DNA of 62,508 nucleotides, taken from Rickettsiales bacterium. Its GTDB lineage: Bacteria; Pseudomonadota; Alphaproteobacteria; Rickettsiales; SXRF01. A program made the translations under genes and the position numbers. A model generated the notes under the pieces. That model ran no database searches. It saw only the letters and a list, made by a program, of their open reading frames with translations, and was not told the origin of the DNA. The stretch covers positions 1-62,508 of the forward strand of contig JBEBHV010000001.1 of the NCBI GenBank assembly GCA_040080715.1. Direction: 5' to 3'. This document shows, one piece after another, positions 41,949 through 52,432 of the stretch (the first letter of the stretch is position 1; every line of letters begins with the position of its first letter).

Positions 41949-42247
41949 AAGAACAGGAAGGCAAAACCCCATCAGCCTTGCTGCGAGAACCAGAGATATT
42001 TCCTGATCTTCTCGACATTCAGGATGCGTTTATCTTCCTGTCCCCAAGTCGGACAGCGGGGTTTGGCACAGGCTTTATCCCGCTGTCTGAAATTGAAACC
42101 TATCTGCGCCTGTTTCCAACGGATGATATTGAACGCTTCACCATCCTCATACGGGCGATGGATCATGCCTATGTAGAATCAGTCGAAAAGCGGGCGCAGC
42201 GCATGGAAAAGAAACCCCGTGGAATCCAGACTCGTCGTAACCATTGA
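41481..42247 (+). CDS. tail assembly chaperone frameshift fusion (GT analog): 41481-41884 joined by a -1 shift to 41885-42247
   Basis: Codons checked by hand from 41885 (CTT ACC GAG TGG ...) to track ORF 41978..42247, which is in the same frame and lacks its own ATG or RBS. Confidence 0.6.
41879..41885 (+). promoter_or_regulatory. -1 programmed ribosomal frameshift slippery heptamer A_AAA_AAC
   Basis: Zero-frame codons are GAA AAA AAC (E K N). The -1 frame from 41885 is open with no stop until 42245-42247. Confidence 0.65.
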
Positions 42248-45200
42248 TGGCCGTGGGGCAACCAGCGGCAGCAGGCAGGTTAATAGCGCCATTGATAGCG
42301 TGCGCTCCAACGCCCGTGGCATGGTCACGGAAGTGGACGGCAGCTTCAACCGCTTGCGCCGTAGTCTTTTCTCCATTCAAGGCGCAATCGCCAGCCTCGG
42401 CATCGGTGAGTTTGTTCGTCGTTCCATCCGATCCTTTGCCGAGTTCGAGACAGGGCTGGTTGGCGTGGGCAAAACCACCGGCATGGCAGGTCAGGAGCTG
42501 GAAGAACTGGGCAAGCGCATTATCGCTCTTTCCAAATCCACACCCGTTGCACGAAATCAGCTGCTTGATATTGCCCAAGCCGCAGGTCAGCTTGGCATTT
42601 CTGGAAACGATAACATCCTGAAATTCACTGACACCATTGCCAAAATGGGAGTGGCAACTGACCTGGTGGGCGATGAAGCCGCTGTCACAATGGCACGCAT
42701 CCTAAGCATTACAGGTGAAGCCGTTCAATCCGTCGATAAGCTCGGATCCACGCTGGTATTTCTCGGCAATGCGTCTTCAGCCACCGAAGCCGAAATTGCG
42801 CGCATGACGATTGAGCTGGCCAAGGCAACCGCTCAGTTCAATGTTTCCAGCGCAAACCTTGCGGGGCTTGGCACTGCGCTAAAAGAGTTTGGCCAGCAGC
42901 CCGAGCTTGCCCGTTCATCGATCCTGCGTACATTCCTGACACTTAAAAGCGCAACCGATGAAGGCGGTCAAAAGCTGCGTATCCTTGGCAAGCTGGCGGG
43001 TCAGACGGGCGAACAATTCGCCCAAGGCTTCGGTAAAGATGCGTTTGGCGCATTCATGAAATTCATCGAAGGCCTGCGCGGAGTGATTGAGCAAGGCGGC
43101 AATGCCGAGAAAGTGCTGGAAGCCCTTGGGCTAAATGGCACGGAGATCAACGCCGTGTTGCCTCTGCTTGCGGTGCGGTTCGATACGCTGAAGCAGCGGG
43201 TCAAGGAAGCAAACGAGGCATACATTGAAAACACTGCGCTGAATAAGGAAGCTGCGGTTGCTTTCACGACACTCGACAGCAAACTGACAGTCCTAAAGAA
43301 CAACGTGCAGGATGCCACTCGGCGCATCGGCGCGCAGCTTGCACCCGCACTCTCCACGCTGGCCGATAAGCTGATTGTTTTTGCCAATAGCGGCTTTGCC
43401 GATGCCATTGGCGCAGGACTTGGCGCAGCCTTGCAGGTCATTGCCGATAATATCGGACTGATTACGGCTGCACTATCCGTCCTGGCGGCAGGGAAACTCT
43501 TAAGCATCTTCATAAATCTGAGCAAAGGGGCGCTTACGCTTGCAACCAACCTTCGCCTTGGTGCGCTGGAGGCCATTGCACAGGCAAGCGGCTTAACCCG
43601 TGCTCAGGCTGCGGCGAATCTCTACGTCACAGGCGCAACGGCGGTTGCCACGTCTTCCCGCAATGTGTCTCTGTGGACGCGCGCGGCAGCGATAGGCACT
43701 TTCGCGCTTAACACCGCACTGGGTTTGGTAGGGCTGAATCTTGCCACTGTCAGCGGTGTCTTCAGCCGTTTGAGCGCGGTCATGTCGTCAGCCGGTGGGC
43801 TGTTATTGCGCGTGGGCAATAGCATTGGCGCAGCGGTTGCGCCGTTTCTGACCATGAGCACCGTCACTGCGGCAGCGGGTATTGCTGTTCGCGGGTTGGC
43901 AGCGGCCTTTGGCATTCTTCTAAGCCCCATCGGTATCGTGGTGGCGGCAATCACTGGGCTTGTCCTGCTGTTCCAAAGCTACAAAGACGAAGTGGTGCAG
44001 ATCGGCGAACTGAATGCCTCGGTCGGCAACATCCTTCAGGCAATCTGGAATGTGACGCTCACGCGCATCCGCGAGACGATTACAGGCTGGGTTGAGGGCG
44101 TGAAGCAAGCCTATAACGGCCTTTCCACCTATATCTCCGATCTATGGCAGCGCATCACTCAGGCGATTGGCGGATATATCGATAGCGCCATATCCTTTGT
44201 GTCCGAAGGTGTGGCAGCGATTGCCGAGCGGTTTAACTTTCTGCCTGAACCGGTGGTAGCAGTGTTCAGCAGTATCTATGAATCTATTCGTGGATTCTTC
44301 GAGCAAATCGTTACCTTCATTTCTGAAAAAATCGACGCGATTCTGGGCTTCTTCCGCAAGCTCAAAGAAGAAGCCATGTCCCTGTTTAACGACATCAAAC
44401 AGGGATTAAGCGATGCGGTCGATTCCATCCCGAATCTGCTTGGCAAGGATGTGGTGAAAGAAGCTAACCGCTTGCAACAGCAATCCTCACCCGCAAGCAA
44501 AGCGCAAGAAGCGGTAAAAGGCGGCAAGGTTTCAGATACGCCGTTTGGTCCTGCATTGCCTGCACCGCCAAAGCGTAATGTGAGCCTCACTGAAATCAAC
44601 GGCTTACTGGGCGGTAAAGGTTCAGGCAAAACAGGCGGCGGCGGATTGGCTGATCCTGCAATTCAAAAGCAGGAGCGGCTGAAGCAGCTCATCGAAGAAA
44701 CGCTTACCCCGCAGGAACGCTACAACCGCGCCATTGAAGAGCTAAACAGCTTACAGCCTAAATCGGCAGAGGGCGTGGAAGCGGTACGCCGTAAAATGGC
44801 CGAGCTGACGCAGGAGCTACGCGATCAGGATCCTGTCTGGCGCGAAAACCAGCGTCTGGCAGAACAGTTCAAAGGTGACTTTGAAAACACCTTTAAGCGT
44901 GGGCTGGAAAGCGTCTTCCGTAAAGGTAAAGACGGTTTCAAGGATATGATGTCTGGCTTCAAAGACATGTATTTCAATATCCTGACTGAAATCACGGCGC
45001 GTCCCATACTGGAAGCATTGCTTGGCCAGAAGGAAACCATCTTCGGCGGTCGCAGCGGGGGCATTCTGTCTGACATCTTCGGGCAGATTGCTGGCGATAG
45101 CGGCGGCGGTGGCATCTTTGGCCAGATACTCGGCAAGCCTGCCAATGACAATAAACCTGGTGGGCCGTTCTCCACCATCTTCGTGCCTGACTATGGCAAA

Positions 45201-45923
45201 AAGCTGGGCGAAGACATGGCAGGACAGTTTGCCAAAGATAGTGCCGGTAGCACGGGCTTTCTTAGCAAGCTCGGTTCGATCTTCTCCAGCTCGGGCGAAG
45301 GCGGCGGATTTCTCAGTGGCATTCAAGGCATATTCCAGAGTTTCAGCAGCGGTATTGGCGGCATCTTCAGCCAGCTCGGTGGTGCACTGGGTGGCCTCTT
45401 TGGGTTTGGCGGCGGTGCTGGTGGCGGAGGCTTTGGCAGTATCCTGAGCCTTGCCGGTAGCTTTATCGGCAACAGTATTCTGCCTGGGTTTGGCTCCATC
45501 ATCGGTAGCGTGTTCGGCGGCTTTTTTGCCGATGGCGGGAGAGTCCGTGCGGGCGTGCCAATCGTGGTGGGCGAACGTGGTCCTGAGCTATTCACCCCTT
45601 CAGTGAATGGCGAAATCATCCCGCATGAGAAAGTGCGGCGCATGATGGCAGTGAATGACAACATTGCCGGATTCATGGCCGATGGCGGACGTGTGCTCGC
45701 TGGTAATCGCTATGTCACGGGTGAGCGCGGGCGGGAATTATTCGTACCCGATGAGCTGCCCCGATTCAGCGGCACGCAGGAAAGCCAGCAGCCACAGCAG
45801 GAATCCCCCGTGGTCATCCACATGAACATCAGCACGCCTGATGCTCAAACCTTCCGCCGCAGCCAAGGGCAGATCATGACCGAGGCGGCACTGGCAATCA
45901 AGAAAGCACGGAGAAACATGTGA
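42219..45923 (+). CDS. tape measure protein
   Basis: 1234 aa; Ala/Gly/Leu-rich with Gly-rich C-terminal repeats; position after the chaperone pair. Confidence 0.9.
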   Translation: MESRLVVTIDGRGATSGSRQVNSAIDSVRSNARGMVTEVDGSFNRLRRSLFSIQGAIASLGIGEFVRRSIRSFAEFETGLVGVGKTTGMAGQELEELGKRIIALSKSTPVARNQLLDIAQAAGQLGISGNDNILKFTDTIAKMGVATDLVGDEAAVTMARILSITGEAVQSVDKLGSTLVFLGNASSATEAEIARMTIELAKATAQFNVSSANLAGLGTALKEFGQQPELARSSILRTFLTLKSATDEGGQKLRILGKLAGQTGEQFAQGFGKDAFGAFMKFIEGLRGVIEQGGNAEKVLEALGLNGTEINAVLPLLAVRFDTLKQRVKEANEAYIENTALNKEAAVAFTTLDSKLTVLKNNVQDATRRIGAQLAPALSTLADKLIVFANSGFADAIGAGLGAALQVIADNIGLITAALSVLAAGKLLSIFINLSKGALTLATNLRLGALEAIAQASGLTRAQAAANLYVTGATAVATSSRNVSLWTRAAAIGTFALNTALGLVGLNLATVSGVFSRLSAVMSSAGGLLLRVGNSIGAAVAPFLTMSTVTAAAGIAVRGLAAAFGILLSPIGIVVAAITGLVLLFQSYKDEVVQIGELNASVGNILQAIWNVTLTRIRETITGWVEGVKQAYNGLSTYISDLWQRITQAIGGYIDSAISFVSEGVAAIAERFNFLPEPVVAVFSSIYESIRGFFEQIVTFISEKIDAILGFFRKLKEEAMSLFNDIKQGLSDAVDSIPNLLGKDVVKEANRLQQQSSPASKAQEAVKGGKVSDTPFGPALPAPPKRNVSLTEINGLLGGKGSGKTGGGGLADPAIQKQERLKQLIEETLTPQERYNRAIEELNSLQPKSAEGVEAVRRKMAELTQELRDQDPVWRENQRLAEQFKGDFENTFKRGLESVFRKGKDGFKDMMSGFKDMYFNILTEITARPILEALLGQKETIFGGRSGGILSDIFGQIAGDSGGGGIFGQILGKPANDNKPGGPFSTIFVPDYGKKLGEDMAGQFAKDSAGSTGFLSKLGSIFSSSGEGGGFLSGIQGIFQSFSSGIGGIFSQLGGALGGLFGFGGGAGGGGFGSILSLAGSFIGNSILPGFGSIIGSVFGGFFADGGRVRAGVPIVVGERGPELFTPSVNGEIIPHEKVRRMMAVNDNIAGFMADGGRVLAGNRYVTGERGRELFVPDELPRFSGTQESQQPQQESPVVIHMNISTPDAQTFRRSQGQIMTEAALAIKKARRNM

Positions 45924-46519
45924 GCTTTGTCGAGATTCAATTTCCAGCCGACATTTCTTACGGCTCAAGCGGTGGGCCTACATTCTCCACCGATGTCATC
46001 GAGGCATTTAGCGGGTTCGAGCAGCGCAACATTAACTGGAGTGCCGCTCGCGCCCGCTACAATGTGGCGCATGGAGTGAAAACCCAAAGCCAGCTCGATG
46101 AGCTGATTGCGTTTTTCCGTGCGCGCCAAGGCAAGGCGATTGGCTTTCGCTTTAAGGACTGGACGGATTATCAGGCGGTTGCCCAGAACATCGGTACGGG
46201 CAACGGCTCACAAAACGTGTTTCAGCTGACGAAAAAATACACCAGCAGCGTAACGGTGACTCGCGTCATTAAGAAGCCCGTCAACAATAGCGCGCTCAAA
46301 ATCTACCTCAATGCCGTTCTGCAATCATCGGGCTACACGGTGAATTACGCCACAGGCGCAGTGACATTCACTACCGCGCCTGGAAGCGGCGTTGCGGTCA
46401 CCGCTGACTTTGAGTTCGACGTGCCAGTGCGCTTCGACACCGATCAGCTCGATGCGGCGATTGATGATTTCGGTACTCGCAGCTGGTCGGATATTCCGCT
46501 GGTGGAGGTACGCCTGTGA
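45920..46519 (+). CDS. distal tail protein, DUF2460 (RcGTA g12-like)
   Basis: GTG start. MSFVEIQFPADISYGSSGGPTFSTDV...GFEQRN signature of TIGR02217/DUF2460. Confidence 0.8.
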   Translation: MSFVEIQFPADISYGSSGGPTFSTDVIEAFSGFEQRNINWSAARARYNVAHGVKTQSQLDELIAFFRARQGKAIGFRFKDWTDYQAVAQNIGTGNGSQNVFQLTKKYTSSVTVTRVIKKPVNNSALKIYLNAVLQSSGYTVNYATGAVTFTTAPGSGVAVTADFEFDVPVRFDTDQLDAAIDDFGTRSWSDIPLVEVRL

Positions 46520-47364
46520 GACCCATCACACCTAATCTAACCGCGCATCTGCAAGGGGAAGTCACGACGCTTGCGACATGCTGGAAAATCACTCGCACGG
46601 ATGGTGTGGTCAAAACCTTCACCGATCTGGATAGTGATATTGTTTTCGCCAGCCTGACCTACCTTTCCATAGCAGGGTTCACACCTTCGAGCGTTGAAAC
46701 CAAGGATAACTTCTCCGTCGATAACGTCGAGGTGCAAGGCATGTTTCAGGCGGGCTACATTACCGCGCCTGACTTGCTGGCTGGCAAATATGATTTTGCC
46801 GAAGTTGAAATCTTCATCGTGAACTACCTCGATCTTTCGCAGGGCAGAATGCTACTGCGCCGGGGACGGCTTGGCGAAGTGACCATGCAGAAAGACACAT
46901 TCATTGCCGAGCTGCGCGGGTTGGCAGAAAACCTTCAGCAAACCATCGGGGAGCTTTATCAACCATCCTGCCGCGCCATTTTGGGCGATAGCGAATGCAA
47001 GAAGGTGCTGACCAGCTTTACCTTCACAGGCACGGTGACCACTGTCACCAGCGGCCTGATCTTTACCAGTAACGCGCTAACGCAAGCCGCAGGATATTTC
47101 ACTGGCGGTCAAATCACGTGGACTTCGGGCAACAATAACGGCCTCAAAATGGAAGTGAAAGAGTTTGCCAACAAGCAAGTGGTACTCGCACAAGCCATGC
47201 CCTACGCCATACAGGTCGGCAACATCTTCCAGATCATCGCTGGATGCGACAAAACGCATCAAACCTGCATCAGCAAGTTCAACAATATCATCAATTTTCG
47301 TGGTGAGCCGTTTGTCCCTGGCACAGATGCCATTAGCAAGACGGCTGGCACGATGGACAGATAG
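46516..47364 (+). CDS. DUF2163 / BR0599-family tail protein (RcGTA g13-like)
   Basis: ...LATCWKITRTDGVVKTFTDLDSDIVF... signature. Confidence 0.8.
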   Translation: MRPITPNLTAHLQGEVTTLATCWKITRTDGVVKTFTDLDSDIVFASLTYLSIAGFTPSSVETKDNFSVDNVEVQGMFQAGYITAPDLLAGKYDFAEVEIFIVNYLDLSQGRMLLRRGRLGEVTMQKDTFIAELRGLAENLQQTIGELYQPSCRAILGDSECKKVLTSFTFTGTVTTVTSGLIFTSNALTQAAGYFTGGQITWTSGNNNGLKMEVKEFANKQVVLAQAMPYAIQVGNIFQIIAGCDKTHQTCISKFNNIINFRGEPFVPGTDAISKTAGTMDR

Positions 47365-48141
47365 TTACACCATGCCAATCATTAGCAATCCGCCAAGCAG
47401 ATAGAGCATTACAGCAACCAGCTTTTGAATAAAGCCAATCGTTACTTTCTTGAGAAAACGCGTTCCAATAAATACACCAAGAAAGGCCGCGAGCGTTGTG
47501 AATCCAATCAATCCGCTTTGTGATTGAATCAACAGCAGATCGAATGTCAGACCATAAACAATGATGCGTGAGGTATCCACCAATGCGGCAATCGCAGCGT
47601 TCGTAGCAACAAATGCCTCTTTACCCAACCCTGCTTTGATGAGGAAAGCACTGCGGAATGCACCTTGATGACCCGATAGGCCTCCAAAGAAACCACTCAA
47701 GATTCCACCCAAAGTGATGCTTGCGCGGTGGTTGGTGATGCGACCTAAGACAGGAAACAACTCAGCGGTAGCAAATACGATCAGCAGCAGTCCAGCGGCA
47801 AGTTTAACAGGGGTAATGACTCTTTCTTGCTCAAGCCAGCTATAGCTGGCAAGCGGATCTAAAACCGATAGATAATCCAACAAAACTGCGCCAGGGATTG
47901 CCGCAATCAAAGCGGGTAACCCAAAATTTATGAGAACCTTTTTGTTAATATGTTGCCACAGAAATCCCAGTTTGAAGAGATTGTTCAGCAAGTGAACAAT
48001 AGCTGTGATTGCAACCGCCACCGGTATTGGAAAAAAGATTGCGACAACAGGCATCAGGATCGTGCCAAGACCAAATCCTGAAAACAACGTCAGCCCTGAA
48101 GCAATAAAGGCTGCAAACAATATGAAAAACCAATCCATCAC
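47365..48141 (-). CDS. TauE/SafE-family membrane permease, inserted antisense in the tail module
   Basis: 258 aa, about 8 TM; LTLFSGFGLGTILMPV and SGFFGGLSGHQGAFRSAF repeated half-motifs of TauE/SafE. Visibly lower GC than the flanking tail genes. Confidence 0.8.
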   Translation of the reverse strand: MMDWFFILFAAFIASGLTLFSGFGLGTILMPVVAIFFPIPVAVAITAIVHLLNNLFKLGFLWQHINKKVLINFGLPALIAAIPGAVLLDYLSVLDPLASYSWLEQERVITPVKLAAGLLLIVFATAELFPVLGRITNHRASITLGGILSGFFGGLSGHQGAFRSAFLIKAGLGKEAFVATNAAIAALVDTSRIIVYGLTFDLLLIQSQSGLIGFTTLAAFLGVFIGTRFLKKVTIGFIQKLVAVMLYLLGGLLMIGMV

Positions 48142-48160
48142 ACCAACATAGAGGGCTTTC

Positions 48161-48631
48161 GTGGAAATATCAAAGCGCGAGCAAATAGTTCTTCAGGCGC
48201 GCGGCTATCTCGGCACGCCGTTTCATCACCAAGGCCGATTAAAGGGTGTCGGCGTGGATTGCATCGGGCTGGTGGTCGGCGTGGCGGAAACACTCGGATT
48301 AACCGATGATAAAGGAATTCCGCTCGCCAGTTATGACCATGCTGATTATCCCCCTACTCCGGTGGGGGAGAGTCTAAAACGACCAGTTTCCCTACATTTA
48401 TACGAATTACCCACGGCAGGGGAGTACCAGCCCGCTGACATATTATTGTTTCGGTTTCATCAGGATCCACAGCATGTCGGCATCGTTTCGCGGCTGCCTG
48501 ACGGGGAGCTTGGTATCATCCACTGCTATGCCAGCATCGGCAAAGTGGTCGAGCATCGGCTGAATGACACATGGAAGCGGCTGATTGTCGCAGCCTTTCG
48601 ATTTCCTCAGTTACTTACGGATTCAACATAA
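48161..48631 (+). CDS. NlpC/P60 family peptidase (RcGTA g14-like)
   Basis: GTG start. ARGYLGTPFHHQGRLKGVGVDCIGLV with the catalytic Cys context. Confidence 0.8.
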   Translation: MEISKREQIVLQARGYLGTPFHHQGRLKGVGVDCIGLVVGVAETLGLTDDKGIPLASYDHADYPPTPVGESLKRPVSLHLYELPTAGEYQPADILLFRFHQDPQHVGIVSRLPDGELGIIHCYASIGKVVEHRLNDTWKRLIVAAFRFPQLLTDST

Positions 48632-48634
48632 CTC

Positions 48635-51600
48635 ATGTCTAGCGTTCTTCCTGTTGTCGGTGCTGTTGGCGGATTTCTCATCGGTGGGCCGCAAGGCGCG
48701 GTGATCGGTTATGGCCTCGGTATGGGCGTGGCAGGTGCGTTCGGCGGCGGGAAAACCGTCAGGCTTCCTGATGTCGAAGGACCGCGTTTATCCGATTTAC
48801 GCATCCAGACTTCCAATTACGGCAAGGTCATACCGGAAATTTTTGGTACGGCGCGGCTTTCAGGCAATGTCATCTGGGCGCGTCCTATCAGCGAAGTTCG
48901 TAAGGAAACCACTACATCCAGCACGCAAAGCGGGGGCAAAGGCGGTGGCGGTGGGCGTGTGACGCAGATGCAAACCAGCGTGTCCTATGAATACTTCGTC
49001 ACTATGGCGATTGCCGTTTGCAAAGGGCCGATTGATGAAATCGTGCGTGTCTGGGCGGATGCCAAGGTGCTGGATGAAAACTTTTTGCAATCTGGTCAAG
49101 GCAAGTATCACGTCTATCTGGGTACGGAAACCCAAAACCCCGATACGATTATGGAAGGGTTTGAGGGGGTCGGAAAAACACCTGCTTTCCGTGGGCTTGC
49201 CTATGTGGTGATACAGGATTTTCCTCTGGCGCAGTTTGGCAACCGCATTCCTAACTTCACGTTTGAAGTAAGGCGCAGCGTTCGTTTCCAACCCGCCGTC
49301 GAAGATAAGGTGAAAGACATCATCCTGATTCCTGGTGCGGGCGAGTTTGTCTATGCGCCAAGCATTTACACCAAGCAGCTGGGCGAAGATACGGCGGGCG
49401 GCTTTGTTGCCAGTTCGGGCAAAGACCCAATCAACATGCACAATTTCAACAATGTGGCGGATGTAAAGCTATCGCTCGATCAGCTTCAGGCCACATTTCC
49501 AAACCTCGAATGGGTGGGGCTGGTCGTCACATGGTTTGCCACTTCCACGGATGCAGGCGCATGTACCATTGTTCCGAAAGTGGAGTTTGGCACGGCGGGC
49601 ATTTCCATTGAGCCGCAGGATTGGTCAGTAGCAGGGCTAACCAGAGCAACCGCACAGCAAGTGTTGTTGTTTGGCGACGGAAAACCAACCTACGGCGGAA
49701 CACCCAGTGATAAGTCAGTCGTGGATTTATGCGCCGAAATCAAATCACGCGGGTTGAAGGTTCTCTTCTATCCGATGATTTTCGTCGATCAGATCACGCC
49801 AACACCGAAGCCTTGGCGCGGGCGGATTACTCCTGCCAATCTGACGGACTGTAATAGCTGGTTCACCAAAACCAATGGCTTTAACGCCTTTATCCGTCAC
49901 TATTCGCAGCTTCAGGTAGGCGGTGTCTATCTCAAGAACAATATCGATGCCTTCGTGATTGGCTCTGAGTTGGTGGGCATGACCAGCTACAGCAACACCA
50001 CAGGCAATTTTCCTGCGGTAGGCCAGATAGTATCGCTTGCAGCACTGGTAAAAGCCGATGTCGGCGCAGCCGTTAAAACCACCTATGCCGCAGACTGGAG
50101 CGAGTATCACTCCACGGGCGGCTGGTTTAACTTGGATCCGCTTTGGGCTTCCTCCAGCATCGATTTTGTCGGCATCGACAGCTACTTCCCACTTACGCCT
50201 GATCTGCCTCAAAGCCAGATTACCGAAGCCAAAATCAAGGAATACTGGGAAAAAGGCGAAGGCTGGGACTATTTCTACGCCGATTCTGTCAATCGCACTG
50301 GGCTTACCAATTACACCGATGCAAAATACGCATGGAAAAACCTCGAATACTGGTGGTCAAATGTCCATGTGAACCCAAACAGTGTGCAAACTGCATGGAC
50401 TTCCAAAATGAAGGAAGTCTGGTTCACGGAGTTTGGCTTTCCATCCGTTGACGGTGCGGCAAATCAGCCGAACGTCTTTTATGACCCAACATCCAGCGAA
50501 TCCTTTTATCCTCGTGCCAGCAAGGGGCGTGTCGATTTTAAGGCGCAGCGTGAAGCCATAAATGCAACCCTCGATTATCTGCAAGCACGCAATGCCCTAA
50601 GTGGCAAAAGCGGTTTGGTGCCGCGTTCCTTCATCTGGACATGGGATGCGCGCCCGTTTTCTTTCTGGCCAGATCTGGGTAATGTCTGGGCGGATGCAAT
50701 CCTTTGGAAAACTGGTCACTGGATCAACGGCAAGCTCGGCAATTCCACGCTCGGGGCTATCGTTGCCAAGCTACTGGAAAAGGTCGGACTCACGGCAAGT
50801 GATTATGATGTGAACCGTCTGACGGATACCGTGGATGGGTTCTTAGTCGCGCAAACCATCACCATTCGTGAAGCCTTAGAGCAGCTGCAATCAGCGTATT
50901 TCTTTGATTGCGTTGAATCGGACGGGCTGCTCAAGTTCATTAAGCGTGGTGGGCAGGAAACCGCGACTATCAGCGATCAGGACGTTATCCCGAACAGCAA
51001 AGACGGCAATGTGCGCGATCTGGTGGAAACGATCCGCAAGCATGAGCTGGATTTGCCGCAGCAGGTCAATGTCACCTACATCAACCGAGCCGCATTCTTC
51101 GATCCCGGCACGCAGCTTTCTCAGCGGCAAACCGTGAATGCGGTCAATAAGGTTGGGCTGAACCTGCCCGTGGTGATGACAGACCAGCAGGGCAAGACGA
51201 TTGCCGATGTCACGCTCTACAATGCCTGGAATGAGCGCAATAACTACAAATTCAATGTGAGTGCGCGCTATTCCACCATCGAGCCCACCGACATTATCAT
51301 CGTGAGTCAAAACGCGGTGCCAACTTCCATGCGGGTGCTTTCCACGCGCATCGAGCGCAACGGCCTGACGGAAGTCACGGCGGCTTCGGAAGACGTATCC
51401 ACCTATGATTTCTACACACCGCCCGGTGAAACACCGCCTGTTGTCGAGCAAGGCACTGTTATACCCGGTACGCGGCTGGAGATGATTGATATTCCTCCAC
51501 TGCCCAATGACATTGACCCAGTGGGCATTATGCGCGTTGCCGTAACTGCGCTCGGTGAAAACTGGAATGGCGCGGTCGTCTATCGCTCGGACGACGGCGG

Positions 51601-52402
51601 AGAAGCAGGAGGCAACAATTTTAACCTCCTGACTTCCTTGGTCAGTCAGGCAACGGTTGGCGGTGCATTAACGGTGCTGCCAGCTGGTCCTACGCATGTG
51701 TTTGATGTTGCCAGAACGGTGGAAGTGCTACTTGCCAGTGGCACGCTATCCAGCACTACTGAACTTGGCGTTCTCAACGGTGCCAATGCCGCATTACTTG
51801 GCAATGAGATCATCCAGTTTCAAACCGCCACGCTGATTGGTGCAAACCGTTACAGGCTATCCATGTTGCTGCGTGGGCGCGCAGGAACGGAGCACGAAGT
51901 TGGCACGCATGCTTTGGCAGAGCGATTCGTGCTGTTGTCTTCAAGTGTTGCCCGTATTGCCCTTCAGAACAATCTGATTGGCCTTGCGCGCTGGTATAAG
52001 GGGGTGAGCGTTGGCGATACGCTGGCGGTGACACCTGAGCAGGTTTTTACCTACACAGGGAAAACCCTGAAGCCGTTTTCACCCGTGATGATCACTGGTG
52101 TGCGCAACCTGACAGCCGCAAACGACTGGACAATCACATGGGTGCGGCGAACACGCGTTGGCGGCGAATGGCGCGACGGCGTAGATGTTCCGCTCTCAGA
52201 AGAAAGCGAGCGCTATGAAGTTGAAATCATGCAGGGCGTAACCGTCAAACGCACATTCACAGACATTACATCACCGAGCATCGTTTATACCGCCGAACAG
52301 CAAGTCACGGATTTCGGCGCAGTGCAAACTACCTTAAGCGTCAAAATCTACCAGATGTCAGCAGTCGTTGGACGCGGCACGCCCGGAATTGCAACGCTTT
52401 AA
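48635..52402 (+). CDS. host-specificity / central tail fibre protein (RcGTA g15-like, TIM-barrel glycoside-hydrolase-like domain)
   Basis: 1255 aa; N-terminal Gly-rich segment; position after the P60 gene; FVGIDSYFPL region. Confidence 0.85.
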   Translation: MSSVLPVVGAVGGFLIGGPQGAVIGYGLGMGVAGAFGGGKTVRLPDVEGPRLSDLRIQTSNYGKVIPEIFGTARLSGNVIWARPISEVRKETTTSSTQSGGKGGGGGRVTQMQTSVSYEYFVTMAIAVCKGPIDEIVRVWADAKVLDENFLQSGQGKYHVYLGTETQNPDTIMEGFEGVGKTPAFRGLAYVVIQDFPLAQFGNRIPNFTFEVRRSVRFQPAVEDKVKDIILIPGAGEFVYAPSIYTKQLGEDTAGGFVASSGKDPINMHNFNNVADVKLSLDQLQATFPNLEWVGLVVTWFATSTDAGACTIVPKVEFGTAGISIEPQDWSVAGLTRATAQQVLLFGDGKPTYGGTPSDKSVVDLCAEIKSRGLKVLFYPMIFVDQITPTPKPWRGRITPANLTDCNSWFTKTNGFNAFIRHYSQLQVGGVYLKNNIDAFVIGSELVGMTSYSNTTGNFPAVGQIVSLAALVKADVGAAVKTTYAADWSEYHSTGGWFNLDPLWASSSIDFVGIDSYFPLTPDLPQSQITEAKIKEYWEKGEGWDYFYADSVNRTGLTNYTDAKYAWKNLEYWWSNVHVNPNSVQTAWTSKMKEVWFTEFGFPSVDGAANQPNVFYDPTSSESFYPRASKGRVDFKAQREAINATLDYLQARNALSGKSGLVPRSFIWTWDARPFSFWPDLGNVWADAILWKTGHWINGKLGNSTLGAIVAKLLEKVGLTASDYDVNRLTDTVDGFLVAQTITIREALEQLQSAYFFDCVESDGLLKFIKRGGQETATISDQDVIPNSKDGNVRDLVETIRKHELDLPQQVNVTYINRAAFFDPGTQLSQRQTVNAVNKVGLNLPVVMTDQQGKTIADVTLYNAWNERNNYKFNVSARYSTIEPTDIIIVSQNAVPTSMRVLSTRIERNGLTEVTAASEDVSTYDFYTPPGETPPVVEQGTVIPGTRLEMIDIPPLPNDIDPVGIMRVAVTALGENWNGAVVYRSDDGGEAGGNNFNLLTSLVSQATVGGALTVLPAGPTHVFDVARTVEVLLASGTLSSTTELGVLNGANAALLGNEIIQFQTATLIGANRYRLSMLLRGRAGTEHEVGTHALAERFVLLSSSVARIALQNNLIGLARWYKGVSVGDTLAVTPEQVFTYTGKTLKPFSPVMITGVRNLTAANDWTITWVRRTRVGGEWRDGVDVPLSEESERYEVEIMQGVTVKRTFTDITSPSIVYTAEQQVTDFGAVQTTLSVKIYQMSAVVGRGTPGIATL

Positions 52403-52432
52403 TCAACAAACAATTCATCAAATGGAAAGCCA

